Assembly (NCBI RefSeq): GCF_036588685.1
Contig: NC_086375.1
Coordinates: 26,040,001 to 26,104,000 of the forward strand
Direction: 5' to 3'
Length of the DNA: 64,000 nt
Source: Mytilus trossulus
Lineage: Eukaryota
Under the pieces are notes generated by a model. It was not told where the DNA came from and made no database searches. It saw nothing but the letters and a program-made list of their open reading frames with translations. Numbering within the stretch: position 1 is the stretch's first letter; every line of letters begins with the position of its first letter. Of the stretch, positions 41,586 through 54,421 are shown in pieces. The position numbers and the translations under genes are program-made.

Positions 41586-42240
41586 TTATAGGCTGGTTTC
41601 TAAACAGTATATATCACATGAATTATTATAAAATCTTCCAGTTTCATGACTATATTGTTGTACATATGTAAATATCTCTGTGTTTTCGTCAATATTTAAG
41701 TCTGAGCAACCCTGTAGTAGGACATCAAGATTGACATTTTCAAAGTTACTTATTTTTTGAAAGAGCTCATATCTCTGATAAATGTAAAAATGGACAAACA
41801 TAAAAGAAATGAATATTATCTTCTACTGGATCTCCACATGCACACATAGAGCTGTCCGACAAATGATCACAGAAGAGATGATCTTTTAGATCACTAGCCT
41901 CATTTCTTAATTGGCAGTGGATTATATTAACTTTACGTGAACCAGTGGAAAAGAAAACAGGACAAGGACTTATGTCCTCATTCAGTTTTCTTTTAAATCC
42001 TGTGAAGCTTAAAATATTTTTAACTTCTCCATCAAGGGAATTCCTCTTTTCAAGAGTATGTGGAATAAAACTGTTTTTATAGGCTGTGGTTCGACACTGA
42101 GGAGTTTTAAATTTCCTTTTTTTTCTCAAACCATACTGGTCATTAGTGTTTGTATATGACAAGATATCAGCAGCAATATAATTAGGAATATCTCCAGAAA
42201 TAGTTTTATGACGAAACAATAATTTGTTTTTCTGACGTCA
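41586..42240 (-). mobile_element. CR1/L2-group LINE 3' fragment (frameshifted ORF2 C-terminus)
   Basis: RTTAYKNSFIPHT...NSL and HCQLRN...L...CACG..VEDNIHFFYVCP are typical ORF2 C-terminal motifs. A frameshift separates ORFs 41767-42219 and 41586-41801. Confidence 0.7.
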
Positions 42241-44233
42241 ACAAGTGTTAATATCTTTGACAATATTTGTCCAAGTAATTCAGGAATCTGTGAGATTTAA
42301 AAAACAAATTATACGAAAATATAGATTTATAGTAAAAAAAAATATTTTTCTGCTAAAAAAGTTGACCGGACTAAATTCACATTCGCCGATGTGTTTAACA
42401 GAGACATATATGATACATGAAGAGATTCGCACATCTATAATTGTATTTTAGGTCTTTGGCTTTAAATATATTAACAGGATTTTCTTTCTTCACAGAAGGT
42501 TGACTGTCAGTAAGAAGTATCTGATGAACTTGACTGCCATTATCAGCATACCTCAATCTTAGTAGATTTCGGTGTTTATACAACCTTTCTGTTTTGACTG
42601 AGGTATTTTTAACTTGGCTGGTGTTTTCAACTTGGCTGATGTTTTGTTGTTTTTGGAGACTGAGGTTCCAAGGGAAAGGACATTCAAATAATATGCCTCC
42701 TAAGAGTCCGAGAAGCTCTCGAGATGCACGATTTTGCGTATTTTTTCAAGGCTTCTGGGGGTCTTGAGCGACCGCCAGACCCCTCACCGAATGATGAATA
42801 TATTTTGCCTCACTTTTAAATTTAAATATAGTGACAGACTAGTAGTTAGTGACAGTGCAATATTATACAAGAGTAACTTTGTGTTCGATGCCCGTCCTTT
42901 ATTTTCTATTGTAAAGTGTCTGAACACGACTGAATGCAAGTTTACTCCTTCGAAGTTAAAGGTCATATTGGAATACATTGTTGTTGTTTTTTTCAAATGA
43001 TTTGATACCGGCAGATTGGTGGTCTCACTTTAATTTAATCCATGTCAGCTATCTAGTTTTATCTTTAAAAAAAAAAGAGAGCCAGTTTTGTATTCTTTAA
43101 TAAAAAGTTCAATTCACTGTAATCTTTGTTTGGATTCTGATTGCCATCTGATTATATAAGTTAATTCAATTAAATGTATTTGATGTCTCAGGTGTGAAAA
43201 CTTAAATGACATGATTATTTGCTTGATTGGTGATTACGACAGGTGTCAAAATTAGATAGTAATCTAATTAAATACATGTAATAAATATTTTATATATCAG
43301 GTCTTCTAGTGTGCTGGTGAGCTTACTCAAGTCAATATTTTAAGCTCAAAAGTTTTTATTAATTTATTTTATTTTATTTATTTATTAATGAAATGCGCAT
43401 TTATACCCCTGGGGGTTAATAAAAAAGCACCTTATAATAGAAAAGCACCTTATAATAGAAAACCACCTTATAATAGAAAACCACCTTATAATAAAAAAGC
43501 ACCTTATAATAGAAAAGCACCTTATAATAGAAAAGCACCTTATAATAGAAAAGCACCTTATAATAGAAAAGCACCTTATAATAAAAAAGCACCTTATAAT
43601 AGAAAAGCACCTTATAATAGAAAACCACCTTATAATAGAAAACCACCATCTTATAATAGAAAACCACCATCTTATAATAGAAAAGCACCATCTTATAATA
43701 GAAAACCATCATCTTATAATAGAAAACCACATCTTATAATAGAAAAGCACCTTCTTATAATAGAAAAGCACCATCTTATAATAGAAAAGCACCATCTTAT
43801 AATAGAAAAGCACCATCTTATAATAGAAAAGCACCATCTTATAATAGAAAAACACCATCTTATAATAGAAAAGCATCATCTTATAATAGAAAAGCATCAT
43901 CTTATAATAGAAAAGCAATAAAAAAGACACATAAGACAGCTATGGCGTTCCATAATCAGGCGTTTATTTGTAACTGTGTAACATGCACACAAGAGGACAT
44001 ACAAAAACACATATACCGACTGCTTCAGTAAACCCTAAATTTCTTATTTACGAAAAATCGGGTCCAAGGATGTAAATGTTACAGCCTTAATAAAAATTAT
44101 CAAGCATGAAAAATATACTGACGTCACGGGAGAATGAGATAGAACGGTATAAAAAGGGCGCCAAATAACATTATATAATTTTCCAAAAATTTATTCTATA
44201 TCTAAATGCAACATCATATACAAACACAAATAT

Positions 44234-45427
44234 TCATTGCCTTTGTAGAGTATAGTACTGGAGTATCCCACTCTTATCGTCAGCAATGCCAATACAATGT
44301 TTAACAACGAAGTTTTCCATCAAAGAAAAGTTAGCAGACGATAGCAAGACCGGTGTATGTCCAAATATTACCATGTATCCACCTTTCTTAACTGTCGGCA
44401 AAAGAGCACCAATGAGTTGTTCTGCTTCGGTGGACGTAACAACTTCAGAATTGAGAAAACGAATAAAGACAACATCAGCTGACGCTGGAGATATTTTTGG
44501 TTCCATGGCGTTCCCACAGTGTACCTCATCGACCCGAGTTTTAGAAAATCCTACCATTTGCTTGCTGAGATCTTGTCCAATGGTATAACTCTCGGGAAAT
44601 GCCTTTTTCAAAGTTGACAGGAAGACGCCAGTTGAGCAGGCCGGATCAAACAGTACCAACTTTTGAGTGCTCAGAGTTTTTAGAAATTTAATGGTGTACG
44701 CTCTTATCCTTTCTTCCCCACATCCAAGCATTACGTCAAACGCATCATCAACAACCCAACCTTCGGAAGGTGAGCATAATTCCTTCCTTGTCGATTCCCG
44801 CAGAAGAGAAAATGGAAAAACAATCTCTACGTTTTCTATTTTATGGTCAGTGATGTCTTTCATTATTTTGAGCTTTTCACCGTTCTTCAACGGATGATAA
44901 AATACATTGACGAATGTTTCAGTTATCCTTTGGTCGGAGAATACGCCTAATATCATACCCGCGGAAATAAAGCTGCAGTGGATCTCTGGAATCCTATTTT
45001 GTATCCACAAGTCCGAGAGGATCTTTCTTCCCACTAGTCTATATTTCGATGGACCTATATTAAATGTTAAGAAGAATACACTTTGCGGAAGGGCCCAGTG
45101 CTTCTCAGTAAGTCGCTCCAACTTTCTATTATTGACTTCTGTCCAGTTAACATCGTCAACAATTTTGCAAGAGTTTGTAATGTGGAAGGTAACATAGCGA
45201 TCTAGTTCACTTTTAAGAAGCTGCAAGGTACTCCTGTCTGACGGGTGTTCTCCCGACTGGGATAAAGATTCTTCTAATAATGCCTGTGCATTTTTCAACT
45301 GTCCTTCCGCAAGAAGTCGCCGAATTTGTAAAAATTTCTCTCGGAGATTATCATCGTACATTCCTTTGAAGATCCCATCGTAGCTTTTAATAGCATCTGT
45401 CAAAACGGGTGCCTTCTTGTCGGCCAT
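44234..45427 (-). CDS. Intronless class I SAM-dependent transferase, probable 3-amino-3-carboxypropyl transferase (Nat/isonocardicin synthase-like, ACT), 397 aa
   Basis: Single ORF from ATG 45427 (MADKKAP) to TGA 44234. C-terminal Rossmann fold with LFDPACSTG (motif I), GQDLS (motif II), ADVVFIRFLN and KKGGYMVIFGHTPVL. Minus-strand AATAAA at 44195-44190. The family assignment is from recalled motif resemblance, not a database search. Confidence 0.8.
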   Translation of the reverse strand: MADKKAPVLTDAIKSYDGIFKGMYDDNLREKFLQIRRLLAEGQLKNAQALLEESLSQSGEHPSDRSTLQLLKSELDRYVTFHITNSCKIVDDVNWTEVNNRKLERLTEKHWALPQSVFFLTFNIGPSKYRLVGRKILSDLWIQNRIPEIHCSFISAGMILGVFSDQRITETFVNVFYHPLKNGEKLKIMKDITDHKIENVEIVFPFSLLRESTRKELCSPSEGWVVDDAFDVMLGCGEERIRAYTIKFLKTLSTQKLVLFDPACSTGVFLSTLKKAFPESYTIGQDLSKQMVGFSKTRVDEVHCGNAMEPKISPASADVVFIRFLNSEVVTSTEAEQLIGALLPTVKKGGYMVIFGHTPVLLSSANFSLMENFVVKHCIGIADDKSGILQYYTLQRQ

Positions 45428-45972
45428 TGTTTCTTTTATTCCAAAGTATATTGTGGTCACAAAAAGATTCACAAGAATATGATGACGTTTGTAAACAGTT
45501 TGTAAAATCCTTATAGCCTTGATCAGATGGTAGTTTAACCTTTATCGCTACTTAGTAGATATCGTATCGAACATAGATAACATTGCGGTTCAGGAAAACA
45601 AATCCATGTATGACTGGACTGTGAACCAATTATTATGTAATAGAATATACTAGTATTATCAAATATTCAATTGAAACCTATAAATAATTGTCAGATTAGG
45701 CAAATCTATTTGACATCCTTTAAATCTTATTTGTTTTCCGATTAAACATTCACACTTTTAAGTGAGCAGATTAACAGTCTTTCCAAAGAAATTTCACACC
45801 CTTGCTTTTTTTGTTATTTTAAAGCGTCTACTTGATTGCTTTTTATTTAGTTGAACGGTTCCGATTCGGTTATGGTTTGAAAAACGATAATATTAATAAA
45901 TCTTATTAGCTTTTCTTTTTTACATTGATAAGAAATTAGAGAATAATATATGGAACTTTCTCTTAAAACTAA

Positions 45973-47130
45973 CTATAATATTCCATCATCTTTCTAATAG
46001 GCTTTGTGATTTGGAGCATCGTATTTGGCTATTTTGCTATAATATTCCATCATCTTTCTAATAGGCTTTGTGATTTGGAGCATCGTATTTGGCTATTTTG
46101 CTATAATATTCCATCATCATTCTAATAGGCTTTGTGATTTGGAGCATCTTATTTGGCTATTTTGCTATAATATTCCATCATCATTCTAATAGGCTTTGTG
46201 ATTTGGAGCATCGTATTTGGCTATTTTGCTATAATATTCCATCATCATTCTAATAGGCTTTGTGATTTGGAGCATCGTATTTGGCTATTTTGCTATAATA
46301 TTCCATCATCTTTCTAATAGGCTTTGTGATTTGGAGCATCGTATTTGGCTATTTTGCTATAATATTCCATCATCTTTCTATTAGGCTTTGTGATTTGGAG
46401 CATCGTATTTGGCTATTTTGCTATAATATTCCATCATCTTTCTATTAGGCTTTGTGATTTGGAGCATCGTATTTGGCTATTTTGCTATAATATTCCATCA
46501 TCTTTCTAATAGGCTTTGTGATTTGGAGCATCTTATTTGGCTATTTTGCTATAATATTCCATCATCTTTCTAATAGGCTTTGTGATTTGGAGCATCGTAT
46601 TTGGCTATTTTGCTATAATATTCCATCATCTTTCTAATAGGCTTTGTGATTTGGAGCATCGTATTTGGCTATTTTGCTATAATATTCCATCATCATTCTA
46701 ATAGGCTTTGTGATTTGGAGCATCGTATTTGGCTATTTTGCTATAATATTCCATCATCTTTCTAATAGGCTTTGTGATTTGGAGCATCGTATTTGGCTAT
46801 TTTGCTATAATATTCCATCATCATTCTAATAGGCTTTGTGATTTGGAGCATCGTATTTGGCTATTTTGCTATAATATTCCATCATCTTTCTAATAGGCTT
46901 TGTGATTTGGAGCATCGTATTTGGCTATTTTGCTATAATATTCCATCATCATTCTAATAGGCTTTGTGATTTGGAGCATCGTATTTGGCTATTTTGCTAT
47001 AATATTCCATCATCATTCTAATAGGCTTTGTGATTTGGAGCATCGTATTTGGCTATTTTGCAGCATCGTATTTGGCTAATTTGGAGCATTGTATTTGGCT
47101 ATTTTGCAGCATTGTATTTGGCTATTTTGC
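45973..47130. repeat. Minisatellite: 17 near-identical copies of a 64-bp unit plus a degenerate tail of about 21-bp subrepeats
   Basis: Unit ctataatattccatcatc(t/a)ttctaataggctttgtgatttggagcatcgtatttggctattttg. 45973-47060 equals 17 x 64. Confidence 0.95.
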
Positions 47131-47364
47131 CATTGGTAGAAAGTAGCATCTGTAAAACAAATCGGGGATTTCGCTCACTTGTATATTTTTCTTCTAAATA
47201 CATGTATTAGAAAGGAAAATTCTCAGTAAAAATTCATAGATACTCATTAGATACTCATTTTCAAATAGTTTTTAGTGTGAGATTATTGGTAAACACAAAA
47301 ATTAGGAGGGAACTACAGATAAATAATTTGAAAACTTTAAAAACACAAAATAAACAAATTCTAA

Positions 47365-47625
47365 TTCGGCTCTCCCTTGACACCATTTGCAAGTATGGTC
47401 TTGAGGAAACGATGTTAGTCCGTCGGAAGGGGACGATAAATGGTTGACCCGTGTTAAGAGAGCCATATCTCTTGCACGTTAAAGACACCCTTGTAGATTT
47501 CGAAAAAGAGCAGGCTAATGCCACTACAAGGCAGCACTCACACCCGCAAAGTGGGAAGGGATTAATATAAGTTGCAAAACTTGTTTCCCAACCACTATAA
47601 ATAATACTAAACTAAACAAATACAA
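47365..47625 (+). mobile_element. SINE body fragment (Meta/Nin-domain-like)
   Basis: tccgtcggaaggggacgataaa...gcacgttaaagacaccc resembles a conserved SINE core. A-rich 3' end. Confidence 0.4.
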
Positions 47626-47777
47626 AAAAAAATAAAAAAAATCTTAAAATAAACAAAAACTGCAGTTCATTTTTAGATGTTAAAACATTTTTTTCATTTT
47701 ATAAAATTCTAAACGTTAGAATAAGTATCTGACAATATGGTGAAAATTTGAAATGTCTATCTTTTTCTTTCAATAAT

Positions 47778-47788
47778 GGGCGGAGCTT
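47778..47788 (+). promoter_or_regulatory. GC box (Sp/KLF-type) upstream of the divergent P450
   Basis: GGGCGGAGCTT about 60 bp before ATG 47840, in an otherwise AT-rich context. Confidence 0.45.
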
Positions 47789-47839
47789 AAAGATGGTCTA
47801 ACACATGGCCGTTTTGTTTACAACTGATTACAGTGAAAC

Positions 47840-50800
47840 ATGGCTGATTACCACCAGATAGTGTCTTTCTGTTGTATATTCTGTTTAAAACTAATTTGTT
47901 ATATCATTAATGTGGTAAGTTTTTTTAACATTTAAACTATAAAATACGTGTCACAAAAATACAAAATACTTATGTTTACATGCTTATACATTTGTTTAGT
48001 TCTTATGAAATAATATGCGTAGGCCAGAACAACTTTATTCCTGTTTTCACGATTTCTTGTCACGAACTTTTTCTGTGCACTGTAAAGGAATGCTTTTCTT
48101 TTCGCCTACTGATTGCTTTATTTGCTTATACTACGAATGCACATTTATGTAGTTCTATGAACACGTTATGCTAAAGGTAAATATTCTCTGCTGTTATCCG
48201 CCAAAGACAGGTCCTGTGTTTTATATCTGTTTTTTATTTAGAAAAGGCGTGGGCGGGTAGGTGCTACAACACTAATTCGCCTGATTATTAGTTATTCAAG
48301 GGAAATCGTCTTCTGAAAGGCGTGTCTCACTGTCTCTCCTCAACCTAAATTTTCCACTGCCAAATGAGTGCAAAAAGTTATCAAATCTAAATGTTATCTT
48401 TTGAATGTGCAGCATATAAATCTGTTCACGGTTAAAATTTAAGGTATAAAAGAACACACCAGTTGTCTTGTTGTTTGTTACTGTTTGTCATGTTTAATAT
48501 ACACGAAAACAAACAATAATTTACTAATATTTTATAGTTTTTTAAGGTGGTACCAAACACTACAGGGGGGTAACTCTGTAAAATCAGCTAAACGTTTTAA
48601 TTACGTTGTGTTGTTAAAAGAATATTAAGCTTCTCAATGATCAAAATTAGTGTTTGTCAAACTGCTATATAACCAGTCACGTAATTTTTCTGATAAAATG
48701 GTTGGTTCAAATTTTTTGAAATTTTAATATTTTTGTCAAATGGTCAAAGTTAATACTTTGTAAAAATTTTATGAACATTAAACGAGCCAAATCAATTTTA
48801 GTTAAAGTGTTGAGTACCACTTTAATATAAACGAAAACAAACACTATATATATAATGTACTAATATTTTATAGTTTCTTTAGTAGAAAAGTATGTTGAAG
48901 AGACCAAAAACATGTACATATGATATAAAGCATACGGTCAATATAGAATGATTCGGCAAAAATGTACATGAACATTTGCTGTAGAGAACCAGGTTAAAGT
49001 TTCTATTGATATGTCTGAATCAACACACATTTTGCTTTCGTTAAAAGTTTTGACTTTCTCTCTTCTTTTCTAGGTTCCATGGTTAAGTAATGGTTCCGTT
49101 TCAAAGCCGTCCTGGATTATACAGTATCTGTTACAGAAAACGTTTGAAGATGACAAGTTGAAAAAGTTAGAATTTCTTACACAAATTTACCACAAGCAAG
49201 GTTTATTTCGTTTTGACAGTAAAATCTATATTTTCAACCAGAAGCTAGCACAAACAGCTATCAACAAGTTGGAAAAAGGAGCAGAAAATTACTTAGACAA
49301 CTCTCCACTTAAAGATACATTTTTAGGTTCATCTCAGAAAAGTCCCGAAACAAGACGTGCTATCGCATCCTTGTTCAGAAAAACATCTATAGAAGAAAGG
49401 GCATCTTCGATGACAGAAGATATTAAAAAGATGTGTTTGAAAATGAAGCAGCAATCACTTAGATCTGTAAATATAACTCATTGGTCGCTACGTCTAGCGT
49501 TAGACATTGTCGGTCACGTGCTTTTGCAGTTAGATCTGAATGCTTTGGACGGCGAACAAGATGAATTATTAGAGTGTATGGTGACAATTCTCCATAGGTG
49601 TTATGCTTTAAATGAAATTTCAACAGACTCTGACGAATTTAAGCAAGCAAACGAGGGACTTGATCGGATTACTTCAAATATACTCAAAGATGCTCTAGAA
49701 AAAGACGATACTACAATACAGAAACGGCTGGTTGTTCAATTGCACGAGGCCTGTGGATTTGAAGAAGTGAGTATTTCCCTGTAGTTATAAAATCGCATAG
49801 TTTTCACAGGGACTTTCTATACTCCCTGTTTTTTACTCCCAAGTTCATCTGTATTTGTGTGTGTAAAGGAAGAATAGACAAGGGAAAGAATACTACACAA
49901 ACACACAACTTTAAATTTTATTATGTCAAGTCAAATATTGAAAACCTACCAGCAAGTCTAGAATAAACAAATAGATTTCTTTTGCCTTTCAATATTGAAA
50001 CACTTCATTAATCATCTTATTTTATAATGTAACAAATAGGCTCCTTTTTATTATTTCAGGCTAAGGACAATATGAAGCTATTTCTGATGGCTGGAACAGA
50101 AACAACAGCTTCATCTATTCCCGTGGTGTTCTCATTGTTAACTGATAATCCTGACATTCAGGTAAGTGCTATCTTTTCGGAATTTGGTTATGGAATTAAT
50201 TTTTTTTATTGAGTATGCGACTGTCACATTTCCGTCTAACCTTGGAAGAGTTGTCTTTCCCTATGGTAAACCTGAATTTATTGACTTCTAGATGTCAATT
50301 TGCCTTTCTTTGTAGGTTGTTTGCTGTTACTTCAATTTGACGTAGATGTTATGAAAGGATTTAGGGCACTTGTGGAAATAATTAGAAATTGAAATAAAAT
50401 AGATCTTATTTAAATAAAAGTATATGTTTATAGGTGATAAAGATAGTTCCAAGTAAAATATTATATAAAGGTCAAATGATTCGTTGATATAGGAAAATAA
50501 AATAAGAAGAAAACACATAAAGAAAATAGCGAATAACAAGCATATCTTAGATGCATGATAAACAAAAATAGTACAAGTCAAGAACCTCATTAGTTATTTG
50601 GCACGCGTTTAGAAGGTTGCTAGGTCGACGGACAGATGTGTATGTCGAATTGATATTACATCCAAGGTTATAACCATATTCACAGAATGTGTAGATACTA
50701 CAGCATCATGAATATTCAGTAATATATTTAGGCACACAAGATTGTATAAATAACCAATCAAAAAGTTTAGATACGAAGATTGACGTACACAAGATATTAA

Positions 50801-53800
50801 TTAAAATTTAACAAATCTTTAATTATCAATTATAATAGAGATCGGAAATTGAAATTCTTCCAAAAATATTATTTTATTTAATTTAAGAAATAAAAGTCCA
50901 AATGCTTTTCAAAAACAAATAAATACATTTTGCATATTATGAAGCAATATAAGTTTTGGCAACACATTCCAAGAAGCTCAATCTTGTCTGGGGAACAAGA
51001 ATGTCGGGTAATGAGTAGTGACTATAAAAGCAAATATAAGTCTACTGCCCGTACATTACATTACAATCCTTGTTCCAACCAGCAAATTGAGTTGTCTTAT
51101 TTATTTCATTAAAAAGGTAAGTTATATAATGTTAATTAAAGTAATTTAATAAAATAAATTAATTGCAGATTAATAGGAAATAATTCAATAAATATAATAG
51201 GTTTAATTCGAGCAATATTTGAAACAGAAATATATTTGTTATTGTTAAATGTTATCTATATTTAATCTGTATGATTTATGCACTGTAATATTTTACGATA
51301 AAAAAGAAAAGAAACATTACATTACATTACATTACAATCCTTGTTCCAACCAGCAAATTGAGTTGTCTTATTTATTTCATTAAAAAGGGTAAGAAGGCGC
51401 GAGTCCCACTCTCGCTGCCAAGCAAGTCCACAACAACGACATGTAGTCCCCAGATGTGCAAACATCCTTCTACCGACAAGAACTGTAGAAGAACGCAGAA
51501 AACAAGAAGAGACAAATCAACAACATGTAATCAATTAAGAAACCACCAAAGACAATTCAAATACAAACATTAACAAGCGACCTCCAGGTTCAGTTTCCAA
51601 CAACAATAATACAAAACCCTTCACAACAATATGGCGGAGGACCCAAACCTTCTTTATGACAACAGAGGACGAGACGATTTAAACTACCTTATCAGGAGTA
51701 GACAGAAATTTAAAGGCCATGAGGAGACAAACAGTACCCTAAGCCAATTCATAAAAATCTACCTATGTGATGTTAGGAACGATACCATACAGGTCAATCG
51801 CCACTTGAGAATAGCGACTACAGAACCTCAATTCAGTGAGCCCGAATTTCAAAACAATCCATGACGATTCCAACAATTCTTACGGAAACAGATACAATTA
51901 GTTACCCATGCACTATTGTGACAACCCGAAGGATCAAACTAGAACAGATTTTCAAACCACACACGAACAATATTAATGTTTTCTAACAATATTTCCAATA
52001 TTATCTATGGACAATAATTTCATTTCCAACTCGTATTATTTTTGTATTCACATGTACGGTAAGACGGTTGATTTTACTTATTTTCTCTCTACTAAAACAA
52101 TGATTTAAAAAAATTAATGATAATAATAATAAAGAAAATTAAAAAGAAAATTAAAAATAAAAAAAAAATAGATAAATAAATTTTTCGTATTAAAATTTAA
52201 AGAAAGTAAATTTGAATACTTCTAACCATTTAAAAAAAAAAAAAAAAATTGTCACATCATGCAATTCAAATACAAAAGTATTATATAATCTAACTGGTAT
52301 GTACATGTATCCTTTTGAATAGTTAATTGAAATATTATAAGGTGAACGTTTAACTGAACCTGTATTTTTTAAAATCATCACGGTGACACCAATTACTGAT
52401 TTAATCTTTCAAATCGAACACTATATTTATTCTAAATGTCTTTCCTATAGTTTTTAAGTTGATATTCAGTAAACAAACCATATTTGTTTATAAAATTGCA
52501 TTACTGACCACTTGATGCTCTCATGATTCATATCTGATATACAAGTTATATTAAATTGTTTTACAAAAAGAGATGAAACAATCGAAACTTTAACTAATAT
52601 ACATCCATAATTCTCCTATATCAAGGAAATAGAATTTAAAAGTACAAAAGTACAAGTTTAAAGTATACATCAAAAGTGGAAGCAAAACTTCCCACGCTTA
52701 TTTATTATCTAAGATATAACTTAAATCGAACAATCAGGAAGATCGTACTACTGACATACTCATTTAATCTATAAACAAAATAAAGTATTCACCTTTATAA
52801 TGATGCACCTATTCCGCCAGATAACATTTTAAAAATAAATATCATTCGTTCTGGCCAATGCATTGCCAACTATCAATAATATTACAAATGTAGATACCGT
52901 TGTAAAAAAAAGGAATACATCAGAGATAATATTCGTATTTCAAATACATCTATGCGTTCTTATTGAAAGGTTTATTACAATATAACATAGCTAAACAACA
53001 AAAAAATCCTATGAATGCAGGCAGTACGAAATGATAAATTAAGTTTTATACAACGTTTTCCAACCCAATGCTAAACAAAAACAAAAACAAAATAAATTGG
53101 GAGAAGTTTTATTTCAAATTGCAGTACCAGAAGAATTACGGAATAGCATAAACATATATTAATTGCATTTCACGATAATTCTTTCCACCAAGGTGTTATA
53201 AAAAAAAAATATGAAGCTATAAAAGCTAGATATTATTGGCCTGACATGACAAGTTTACAATCACGTGACATTGTGTAAAACATGCCAGGAAGTAAAATCA
53301 AGTTAACAAAAAAATGCGAGCGCCCTTACATCCTATGCCGGTGGTAAACGTTTTTGAACGTATTCATGTCGATATCCTTGAAGGATTATGCAAATTCCGT
53401 TCTGGAAATTCATTTATCCTTATTGGTCACAGACAGTCTAAATCACTGGTCGGAGTGCTTCCCCCTGAAAAAAAACAGGAGGCGAAATATATAGCAGACG
53501 TGTAATATTAAGAAATGGTTCCCCGTTATGAACAATGAGGGAACATATTCAAATTAGCTAAGTCCTTAATAGCGTCATGCTCAATCAGAATAGGACACGG
53601 AGATCAAGTGTTGAAAAGTGTTATGACGGCATTTCAAATGACGACAGTCACCCAATCTTTAGGATACTCGCTTTTAACATGCATATCAAATTGGGGAAAG
53701 AAATGACGTAAATAAACTATTGATACTCAATTGATTCCCACACAAAAAAAAAAATGGAAAAAGCACCTTAAGATTCATTGATGAACTAATTAAATAGGTC

Positions 53801-54389
53801 AAAATTATCCATAAAACGGCTAAAGAGAATATAACAGAGGCGCAGTTATAAAAGTAAAATATATAAAGATAATAATAAAAGTAAATTATTTATAAAAAAG
53901 TTATAGTTGAAGATTTCATAATGAAAATAAATAAACAATGAAGATTCGGTCCGGTAAGAAAAAGACACCGGAACCCTAACGAATGGGCCCTTAATATAAG
54001 GTACGGGGCGTATCAAATGATACGTACAAAATTTGTGAAACTGCAGTCACATAACATGATGATACCATTAGTTTTTGCTAATAGGTTGAAACCGTACAAA
54101 GATCCACGAGATTACAGACCACAGGCTGATAATCAATCGGATCCGCGTATTGATAAAAAGATTAACACACAAAGATGAATCAGACACAAAAGTCTATTCA
54201 AAATTTGCGTCAGATCAATCAGTACAGCAATCACAGACACGTGATACGAGTATATATAAACAAAGAGATAATATTAATTTTGATAAGAAATCAGACAATA
54301 CACCTGACGGTACTAAGAATAGTAATAACGATAAATCATCTAAGAACATTTGGTTTGAAGAAACTTATTTTTTTTAAATAGAATTTATA

Positions 54390-54421
<32 letters not shown>

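Larger units (their letters stand above)
39565..43954. mobile_element. Non-autonomous IS3EU-like DNA transposon, 4.39 kb, long TIRs made of 18-21-bp subrepeats, 6-bp TSD
   Basis: atcagg|TATGGAACGCCATAGCTGTC...GACAGCTATGGCGTTCCATA|atcagg. Inverted arrays of ttttctattataag(atg)gtg lie at about 39604-40017 and about 43417-43917. TAY..RTA termini with a 6-bp TSD match IS3EU. Confidence 0.8.

Noticed and set aside
39494-43930. Repetitive ORFs (FYYKMV, PYNRKA, HLIIEK) resembling Tyr/Lys-rich mussel adhesive proteins
   Set aside because: They are translations of the 18/21-bp subrepeats in a transposon's inverted arms. They occur on both strands, lack a signal peptide and lie inside a TSD-bounded element.
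44286-45197. Plus-strand ORFs antisense to the transferase (likewise those antisense to the FMOs)
   Set aside because: These are shadow ORFs of real coding sequence with no motifs or splice support.
44234-45427. Bacterial contamination as the source of the intronless gene
   Set aside because: It is embedded among animal transposons and intron-containing genes, has a poly(A) signal and has no operon neighbours. Long-read confirmation is still advisable.
45428-45472. GTG start giving a 412-aa transferase
   Set aside because: This is a eukaryotic locus. The first in-frame ATG (45427, acaATGG) is in good Kozak context.
45973-47130. CRISPR-like regular array
   Set aside because: Units are contiguous and near-identical with no unique spacers, no cas genes are present, and the context is eukaryotic. 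It is a minisatellite.
47805-47914. Alternative P450 starts at ATG 47805 or 47910
   Set aside because: Both are out of frame with exon 2 when spliced at 47914 and stop soon after 49074. ATG 47840 gives an in-frame hydrophobic anchor. ATG 47805 is at most a uORF.
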